DNA of 64,000 nucleotides from Escherichia coli (GTDB lineage Bacteria; Pseudomonadota; Gammaproteobacteria; Enterobacterales; Enterobacteriaceae): NCBI RefSeq assembly GCF_009931435.1, contig NZ_CP043414.1; one strand, 5' to 3'. Shown piece by piece: positions 57,379 to 64,000 of this stretch (position 1 is its first letter; each line of letters starts with the position of its first letter). The notes under the pieces were generated by a model. It saw only the letters and a program-made list of their open reading frames with translations, ran no database searches and was not told where the DNA came from. The position numbers and the translations under genes were made by a program.

Positions 57379-57825
57379 TTACATACTGATTGGCAACGCC
57401 ATGATGATGGCGTCTTCGCGACCGTCCTTGGTGGGGTAGTAATTGCGGCGAATCGTCGCCTCGTTAAAGCCTAAACTTTCGTACAGGGCAATGGCGGCAG
57501 CGTTTGAGGCACGGACTTCCAGCCATAGCGTCGCCACGCCGCGTTTTTCCAGTTCGTCGATCAGATGTTCCAGCAGCGCCCTTCCCAGTCCCTGACGCTG
57601 ATAGTCAGGATCGACCGCAATATTGAACAATGTAGCTTCATCCAGCACCACTTGCGTAATCGCAAACGCCGCCATTTTGCCGTTTTGCGTTAACTGAAAG
57701 TTGAGATAACGCTCGCCCTGATTACTGGCAAAGGTTTTTTCACTCCACGGAAAGGCGTGGGCGCGTTGTTCAATGTGGAAAGCCGTTGGTAAATCAGTCG
57801 TTTCGAGGGAAGAAATCGTGTTCAT
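57379..57825 (-). CDS. rimI: ribosomal protein S18 alanine N-acetyltransferase
   Basis: 148 aa [36 protein letters not shown] motif [13 protein letters not shown]. Confidence 0.96.
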   Translation of the reverse strand: MNTISSLETTDLPTAFHIEQRAHAFPWSEKTFASNQGERYLNFQLTQNGKMAAFAITQVVLDEATLFNIAVDPDYQRQGLGRALLEHLIDELEKRGVATLWLEVRASNAAAIALYESLGFNEATIRRNYYPTKDGREDAIIMALPISM

Positions 57826-58207
57826 ATGTGCAAATTTGTTGCCATAACGCGGCGCGTGCCGTTGGGTTTGCCCGTAATTCGGTGAGCGCCGGTGATGCCA
57901 CCTGAGCGCCTTCCAGTGATAGCGGTTCATCAGTACCCAACCGCCAGCTGTTGCAGCGACTGCCTTGCGGCAGCATCGCGATCTTTTCTGGCGTCAGTTG
58001 CAGCACCTGGTCGGGGCTGACGGTTAATGCACGCAGAACATCGCTCACCAGAGGATCGGTCAGGGCGGGAAGATCGTTTGCCACCATCACCAGACGGACG
58101 TGTGCCGGGATCGCAATGGCAATCTCCCCCTGCAACGCGCCAGGGCGACGCAGCGACCACTGGGTAATGCCCAGTTGCTGTAACTGCCAGTCTCGTCGGG
58201 ATGTCAT
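57794..58207 (-). CDS. holD: DNA polymerase III psi subunit
   Basis: 137 aa MTSRRDWQLQQLGITQWSLRRPGALQGEIAIAIPAHVRLVMVAN; overlaps rimI start. Confidence 0.95.
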   Translation of the reverse strand: MTSRRDWQLQQLGITQWSLRRPGALQGEIAIAIPAHVRLVMVANDLPALTDPLVSDVLRALTVSPDQVLQLTPEKIAMLPQGSRCNSWRLGTDEPLSLEGAQVASPALTELRANPTARAALWQQICTYEHDFFPRND

Positions 58208-58309
58208 AGCGAATCGCTCCTGTTGTCAGGGGCGCAAATATAGCAAATTCGTCGATACCGCGCCAACATATGGCTATAATCGCCGCCAGTATCAATTGAG
58301 GAGCATTCC

Positions 58310-59341
58310 ATGTCTGCATTTACCCCGGCAAGTGAAGTCTTGCTGCGTCACAGTGATGATTTCGAACAAAGCCGTATTCTTTTTGCCGGAGACTTACAGG
58401 ATGACCTGCCCGCGCGTTTAGATACCGCGGCCAGCCGTGCTCATACCCAGCAATTCCACCACTGGCAGGTGTTAAGCCGCCAGATGGGGGATAACGCCCG
58501 TTTTAGTCTGGTCGCCACGGCGGATGACGTCGCAGATTGCGATACGCTGATTTACTACTGGCCGAAGAACAAACCGGAAGCCCAGTTTCAGTTGATGAAT
58601 TTACTTTCTCTGCTGCCGGTGGGGACGGATATTTTTGTTGTTGGCGAGAACCGCAGCGGCGTGCGCAGCGCCGAGCAGATGCTGGCAGATTATGCGCCGT
58701 TGAATAAAGTCGACAGCGCCCGTCGCTGTGGCCTCTATTTTGGTCGTCTGGAAAAACAGCCGGTATTTGATGCCGATAAATTCTGGGGCGAATACAGCGT
58801 CGATGGCCTGACGGTGAAAACGCTGCCTGGCGTGTTTAGCCGCGACGGTCTGGATGTCGGTAGCCAGTTGCTGCTCTCGACGTTAACTCCGCACACGAAA
58901 GGTAAAGTGCTGGATGTCGGCTGCGGTGCAGGCGTTCTTTCAGTTGCCTTTGCACGCCACTCACCGAAGATTCGTCTCACGTTGTGCGATGTTTCTGCGC
59001 CAGCAGTTGAAGCCAGCCGTGCAACACTTGCGGCCAACGGTATTGAAGGTGAAGTCTTTGCCAGCAACGTCTTTTCTGAGGTGAAAGGTCGTTTTGATAT
59101 GATCATCTCCAATCCGCCGTTCCACGATGGGATGCAAACCAGTCTGGATGCAGCACAAACGCTGATTCGCGGCGCGGTGCGTCATCTTAACAGCGGCGGC
59201 GAGCTGAGAATTGTGGCGAATGCCTTCCTGCCTTACCCGGACGTGCTGGATGAGACATTTGGCTTCCACGAAGTGATCGCGCAAACCGGGCGATTCAAGG
59301 TGTATCGCGCCATTATGACCCGCCAGGCGAAGAAAGGTTAA
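58310..59341 (+). CDS. rsmC: 16S rRNA m2G1207 methyltransferase RsmC
   Basis: 343 aa [35 protein letters not shown]-binding [12 protein letters not shown] and NPPFH motif. Confidence 0.96.
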   Translation: MSAFTPASEVLLRHSDDFEQSRILFAGDLQDDLPARLDTAASRAHTQQFHHWQVLSRQMGDNARFSLVATADDVADCDTLIYYWPKNKPEAQFQLMNLLSLLPVGTDIFVVGENRSGVRSAEQMLADYAPLNKVDSARRCGLYFGRLEKQPVFDADKFWGEYSVDGLTVKTLPGVFSRDGLDVGSQLLLSTLTPHTKGKVLDVGCGAGVLSVAFARHSPKIRLTLCDVSAPAVEASRATLAANGIEGEVFASNVFSEVKGRFDMIISNPPFHDGMQTSLDAAQTLIRGAVRHLNSGGELRIVANAFLPYPDVLDETFGFHEVIAQTGRFKVYRAIMTRQAKKG

Positions 59342-59359
59342 GTATCCCGCCAAATACCG

Positions 59360-59394
<35 letters not shown>

Positions 59395-59530
59395 AAAACC
59401 TGCACGTTAGTTTCCTGATGGACATTTTTCCAGCAATTACACCTCCGTCGATAATTAACTATTGACGAAAAGCTGAAAACCACTAGAATGCGCCTCCGTG
59501 GTAGCAATTCTTTTTAAGAATTGATGGTAT

Positions 59531-59617
59531 GCGAAGGTGGCGGAATTGGTAGACGCGCTAGCTTCAGGTGTTAGTGTCCTTACGGACGTGGGGGTTCAAG
59601 TCCCCCCCCTCGCACCA
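59531..59617 (+). tRNA. leuQ: tRNA-Leu (anticodon CAG)
   Basis: 87-nt sequence GCGAAGGTGGCGGAATTGGTAGACGCGCTAGCTTCAGGTG...CCTCGCACCA with long variable arm and encoded CCA. Confidence 0.95.
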
Positions 59618-59645
59618 AAAACCACGTTGATATTGCTCGCACTGG

Positions 59646-59732
59646 GCGAAGGTGGCGGAATTGGTAGACGCGCTAGCTTCAGGTGTTAGTGTTCTTACGG
59701 ACGTGGGGGTTCAAGTCCCCCCCCTCGCACCA
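59646..59732 (+). tRNA. leuP: tRNA-Leu (anticodon CAG), variable-arm variant (GTGTTCTTAC)
   Basis: Second tandem copy, single C-to-T difference in the variable arm. Confidence 0.95.
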
Positions 59733-59765
59733 AACGAGGCGATATCAAAAAAGTAAGATGACTGT

Positions 59766-59852
59766 GCGAAGGTGGCGGAATTGGTAGACGCGCTAGCTTC
59801 AGGTGTTAGTGTCCTTACGGACGTGGGGGTTCAAGTCCCCCCCCTCGCACCA
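59766..59852 (+). tRNA. leuV: tRNA-Leu (anticodon CAG)
   Basis: Third tandem copy, identical to the first. Confidence 0.95.
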
Positions 59853-59890
59853 ATTATCTTTACTTCCTTTCTTGTTTCTTCCTTGTTTTT

Positions 59891-60127
59891 TCATCCCTGA
59901 TTCCAGTTCATTATCATCAGCATGACACCAGCAATAAGCGCCAGGCACGATGGTAGCAAAATGTAATGCCGTAACTGTTTGTGATACAGCATTACCGGCG
60001 TCAATACTAATCCCATCAGAATGACAATCCGCCACTGATCCGGCGATAAATCCGCATACATCAGCCCTGCAATCAGCAATCCCGGCAGCAACACTCCCCA
60101 ACCACTGCCCAGCATACGTTGCAACAT
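59891..60127 (-). CDS. yjjZ: small membrane protein YjjZ (DUF1435)
   Basis: 78 aa MLQRMLGSGWGVLLPGLLIAGLMYADLSPDQWRIVILMGLVLTPVMLYHKQLRHYILLP. Confidence 0.85.
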   Translation of the reverse strand: MLQRMLGSGWGVLLPGLLIAGLMYADLSPDQWRIVILMGLVLTPVMLYHKQLRHYILLPSCLALIAGVMLMIMNWNQG

Positions 60128-60267
60128 GGTTTCATCTCTTTCATTGATAATGATAACCAATATCATATGATAATTTTTATCATTTGCAAGCCAGAGAAAT
60201 CCCTTGCTATCGGGTAAGCCTATCGCTAGGATTAGCAATCATTATCATTTAGATTACTATCCCGATT

Positions 60268-61056
60268 ATGGCCTATCGTTCCGCACCGCTCTATGAAGAT
60301 GTTATCTGGCGAACGCATCTCCAGCCGCAGGATGCTGGGCTTGCACAAGCAGTACGTGCGACGATCGCCGAACATCGTGAACATTTGCTCGAGTTTATCC
60401 GTCTGGATGAACCCGCCCCGCTTAACGCCATGACGCTGGCGCAATGGTCATCACCGAATGCGTTAAGTTCTCTGTTAGCTGTTTATTCCGATCATATCTA
60501 CCGCAATCAACCAACGATGATCCGCGAGAATAAGCCGCTGATCTCCCTGTGGGCGCAATGGTACATCGGCCTGATGGTGCCGCCATTAATGCTGGCCCTG
60601 TTAACGCAGGAAAAAGCATTAGATGTGACGCCGGAACATTTCCACGTTGAGTTTCACGAAACCGGACGCGCCGCCTGTTTCTGGGTCGATGTGTATGAAG
60701 ATAAAAACGCAACACCACATTCACCGCAGCAGCGAATGGAAACGTTAATTAGCAAGGCGCTTGTTCCGGTTGTGCAAGCATTAGAAGCGACTGGAGAAAT
60801 TAACGGTAAACTTATCTGGAGTAATACCGGTTATTTGATCAACTGGTACCTCACTGAGATGAAGCAGCTGCTCGGCGAGGCGACAGTTGAATCGCTGCGC
60901 CATGCCCTCTTTTTTGAGAAAACGCTCACTACCGGTGAAGATAATCCACTCTGGCGTACCGTGGTGCTGCGCGACGGCCTGCTGGTGCGCCGCACTTGCT
61001 GCCAGCGTTATCGCTTACCGGATGTGCAGCAATGTGGTGACTGTACGCTGAAATAG
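60268..61056 (+). CDS. fhuF: ferric-siderophore reductase FhuF
   Basis: 262 aa MAYRSAPLYEDVIWRTHLQPQDAGLAQ; C-terminal C-C-x10-C-x2-C 2Fe-2S motif (RRTCCQRYRLPDVQQCGDC). Confidence 0.96.
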   Translation: MAYRSAPLYEDVIWRTHLQPQDAGLAQAVRATIAEHREHLLEFIRLDEPAPLNAMTLAQWSSPNALSSLLAVYSDHIYRNQPTMIRENKPLISLWAQWYIGLMVPPLMLALLTQEKALDVTPEHFHVEFHETGRAACFWVDVYEDKNATPHSPQQRMETLISKALVPVVQALEATGEINGKLIWSNTGYLINWYLTEMKQLLGEATVESLRHALFFEKTLTTGEDNPLWRTVVLRDGLLVRRTCCQRYRLPDVQQCGDCTLK

Positions 61057-61063
61057 AAAAATT

Positions 61064-61085
61064 TGCCGGGGAAGTAAACCCGGCA
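61064..61085. terminator. bidirectional terminator between fhuF and bglJ
   Basis: tgccggg-gaagtaaa-cccggca hairpin flanked by A/T runs. Confidence 0.6.
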
Positions 61086-61094
61086 TTAAGCGTA

Positions 61095-61772
61095 TTAATA
61101 GGGGTGCAACACGTTACTTGCTTCGCAATGACGCATACATAACAGAATGTCTGCGGCCTCCAACAACCCTGCATCAGAACTGACGCCCAGTTTCGACATT
61201 ACATTAAATTTATGCGCGCGGATCGTTTTGATATTGCGTTTAAGCTGCTCGGCAATTTGTGTCATTGAGTAGCCACGCGACATAAAGCGCAATATTTCTC
61301 TCTCCGTCGGGCTTAGCGTCCGGCTTTGGTTAATATACCACTGATTGTTCAATCGGTCGGTCGCCTGACGCACACCATTTAATGACAAAAAGAGTTCTTG
61401 ATGAAAAATCTCCAGCGTCGACGCTTTACTTAATACACCGTCCAGCGGTGATGGCGACAATGAACCAATCAGCCGAGCTTCAATATCATCATCCGCAATA
61501 ACTAAACGGCGGGTACGCGGAAACTTAATCGCCAGGTCAGTCAGGCTAGATAATCCCTCTCTGCGCTCATTTCTCATGGCAGAAAAAGAAAAAATGACTG
61601 CCGCAAATGAGATCCGCGACATGGCATCCTGAAATGACTCCTGACTGGTATAGGTATAGAGCTTATAAGGGTTACCCGCAAATTTTCTGAATAAACTCTC
61701 AATACCGATACTGCTCATGACGCATTTTTCTATGAGTGCGACATTTCTCTTCTTAATTCGGCTGTGTTCCAT
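61095..61772 (-). CDS. bglJ: LuxR-family transcriptional regulator BglJ
   Basis: 225 aa [42 protein letters not shown]-terminal LuxR HTH. Confidence 0.93.
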
Positions 61773-62455
61773 TCTGCGGCATCTCCATAAACAGAAGGCA
61801 AGTTAAGTTCTCTTGCACCCTGCGCGCTATTTATCCATGCATACATTTCAGCGTTGCTGTGAATTGCCAGTCGACGCATCGCACTGTTTTTTTGGGCGCT
61901 GATAGTTTTATTACTTTTCTTAAGCAATGAAGCTATCTGGTTGATGCCCCATCCTTTACCTAATAGCCGCAGTACTTTACGCTCTGAAAGAGTGAGAATA
62001 ACGGAGCGATAGCTAAAATCATGCGTTTCAGTCATTGCCGGAGAGGTCAGCATGGCACTGATACGCTCTGCGTGCGTATTGCCAGAACGCACGGTCTTGA
62101 CCAGATTCTCAATGGGTTCAACATCAGACAATAATGTCGCCGTAGGGCACATGAGCAGTTCTACCGCCTGGGAATACCAGGAGCGTGACACCATGAAAAC
62201 CCAGTGAATTTCCCGATATTGTGAGATTAAAGAATAATAATGCTCACAAACAGAACGAGGATCTTCACTTTCACCGGCTAAATCTGCAATAACTAATCCG
62301 GAACGACGTAATTGTAATAAGGTAAGGTCCTCCGCAGAGGCGCTGGATATTATTTCATATTCAGGGAAGTGAGTCCTCATGACCTCTTTTAACCCTGCTT
62401 GCATAACAGGTATTTTACTGATAACAATTCCATTTTTGCAGCATCCTGGCAACAT
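61730..62455 (-). CDS. yjjQ: LuxR-family transcriptional regulator YjjQ
   Basis: 241 aa [39 protein letters not shown]; overlaps bglJ start. Confidence 0.92.
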
Positions 62456-63074
62456 ATTTCCTCCACATCCACTGTCTAAAAATCATGATGGTTTATTCAG
62501 GATATTCATTCCTTAAATGTTCCCAGCAAATTAATAGATTAAGCGAATAAATTATCCTTTGCATTCACTTTCATATCAGCATACTCCTGCTGCACAATAA
62601 CTCCACTGCATGTGTCAGAAGGTTAGCATCAAATGATAACCTGGTGAAATAGCCTGGAGACATTTAAAATATCTACATTAAGTTGTTAGAAATACTTAAT
62701 GAAAAACAGAATCCTCATTCATTTAATTTATAATTAAAAAATATTTCTTCTCGCAAAATAAAAAATCACACAATCAATATTTATTCAATAAAATCTGATA
62801 GTTTTATCTTTTTTAAACCCTAAAAAAGCACTCAGTTATCGATAATCCCGATTCGTAAAAACCAGACCATACATTCATTATACCGATAATATTCACGTTA
62901 TAATTTGTTTACAGCTTGAGATTATTCGCTTTTTACCACCGAACCTCTCCCGATAACCAGGATTAATCAGCGCAATTTTGATCTTAACCTGCCGCAAAAC
63001 AACCGCGCTTCATGATACAAATGGATTCTCATAATTTGAACAATACGCAGCGCGTCTATGACAAAGGGCGAGTT

Positions 63075-63845
63075 ATGCAAACTGAGCAACAGCGAGCCGT
63101 GACACGGCTTTGTATCCAGTGCGGATTATTTCTTTTGCAACATGGTGCGGAAAGCGCGTTGGTCGATGAACTTTCCTCACGACTGGGTCGGGCGTTGGGA
63201 ATGGACAGCGTCGAAAGTTCTATCTCTTCGAACGCCATCGTGCTGACAACCATTAAAGATGGGCAATGCCTGACATCGACACGTAAAAATCACGATCGCG
63301 GCATTAATATGCATGTGGTGACTGAAGTCCAGCACATTGTGATTCTGACGGAGCATCATCTGCTGGATTACAAAGGCGTAGAGAAAAGATTTAGCCAAAT
63401 TCGGCCATTACGTTACCCGCGATGGCTGGTAGCCTTGATGGTCGGCCTTTCTTGCGCCTGTTTCTGTAAACTCAATAACGGTGGCTGGGACGGTGCCGTC
63501 ATCACCTTCTTTGCCAGTACGGCCGCGATGTATATCCGCCAGCTGCTGGCACAACGTCATCTTCATCCACAGATCAACTTTTGCCTCACCGCTTTCGCCG
63601 CCACCACCATTTCCGGTTTGCTTTTGCAACTTCCCACTTTCAGTAATACCCCCACCATTGCGATGGCCGCCAGCGTTCTCTTGCTGGTGCCGGGCTTTCC
63701 GTTGATTAATGCCGTCGCCGATATGTTTAAAGGCCACATCAATACCGGACTGGCACGCTGGGCGATCGCCAGTCTGCTGACACTGGCTACCTGCGTCGGC
63801 GTGGTGATGGCACTGACAATTTGGGGGCTACGCGGATGGGTGTGA
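63075..63845 (+). CDS. yjjP: ThrE-family inner membrane protein YjjP
   Basis: 256 aa from [42 protein letters not shown] (supplied ORF begins 21 codons upstream). Confidence 0.9.
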   Translation: MQTEQQRAVTRLCIQCGLFLLQHGAESALVDELSSRLGRALGMDSVESSISSNAIVLTTIKDGQCLTSTRKNHDRGINMHVVTEVQHIVILTEHHLLDYKGVEKRFSQIRPLRYPRWLVALMVGLSCACFCKLNNGGWDGAVITFFASTAAMYIRQLLAQRHLHPQINFCLTAFAATTISGLLLQLPTFSNTPTIAMAASVLLLVPGFPLINAVADMFKGHINTGLARWAIASLLTLATCVGVVMALTIWGLRGWV

Positions 63846-64000
63846 TCGAATTTCTGTTAGCGTTGGCGCAGGATATGATCCTCGCCGCCATTCCAGCGGT
63901 CGGCTTTGCGATGGTGTTCAACGTTCCCGTTCGGGCGTTACGCTGGTGTGCGCTGCTTGGTGCGATAGGTCATGGTTCCCGAATGATCTTAATGACCAGC
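63836..64000 (+). CDS. yjjB: membrane protein YjjB, N-terminal part (continues past window end)
   Basis: [55 protein letters not shown]; start overlaps yjjP stop. Confidence 0.85.
   Translation, partial: MGVIEFLLALAQDMILAAIPAVGFAMVFNVPVRALRWCALLGAIGHGSRMILMTS

Noticed and set aside
59531-59852. tRNA-Leu cluster as an integration site for a genomic island or prophage
   Set aside because: The tRNAs are followed directly by conserved yjjZ and fhuF; no integrase, no direct repeat of the tRNA 3' end and no foreign gene block.

Overview
This 64-kb window is an Escherichia coli-type chromosome segment spanning the conventional origin of numbering, reverse-complemented relative to K-12 convention. 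Reading left to right: a degenerate chaperone-usher fimbrial locus, nhaR-nhaA, a three-gene sulfatase island, hokC/mokC, dnaJ-dnaK, yaaI-yaaW-satP-mog-talB-yaaJ-yaaA-yaaX, thrCBA-thrL, lasT, arcA, creDCBA, rob, gpmB, yjjX, trpR, slt, ettA, a small toxin-antitoxin insertion, nadR-radA-serB, ytjB-lplA, a short remnant where K-12 has yjjJ, deoDBAC, yjjI-yjjW, yjjV-yjjU-ytjA-osmY-prfC-yjjG-rimI-holD, rsmC, three tandem tRNA-Leu genes, yjjZ, fhuF, bglJ-yjjQ, yjjP and the start of yjjB. Gene order and most intergenic spacings match what I recall of K-12, so about 90% is conserved core. I found no CRISPR array, no intact IS element, no prophage or integrase, and no convincing wholly novel system. The strain-variable segments are: (1) the frameshifted fimbrial operon downstream of nhaR; (2) a roughly 3.9-kb sulfatase / Tsx-like porin / zinc-ribbon protein cluster between hokC and nhaA, where the porin gene carries an in-frame TGA; (3) absence of IS186 next to hokC; (4) a HigB2/HigA2-like toxin-antitoxin pair between ettA and nadR; (5) a short HTH ORF with an in-frame TGA plus direct repeats where K-12 has yjjJ. 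All assignments are from reading the translations and from memory of the protein families; no database search was run, and comparisons to K-12 rest on recalled gene order and approximate spacings.
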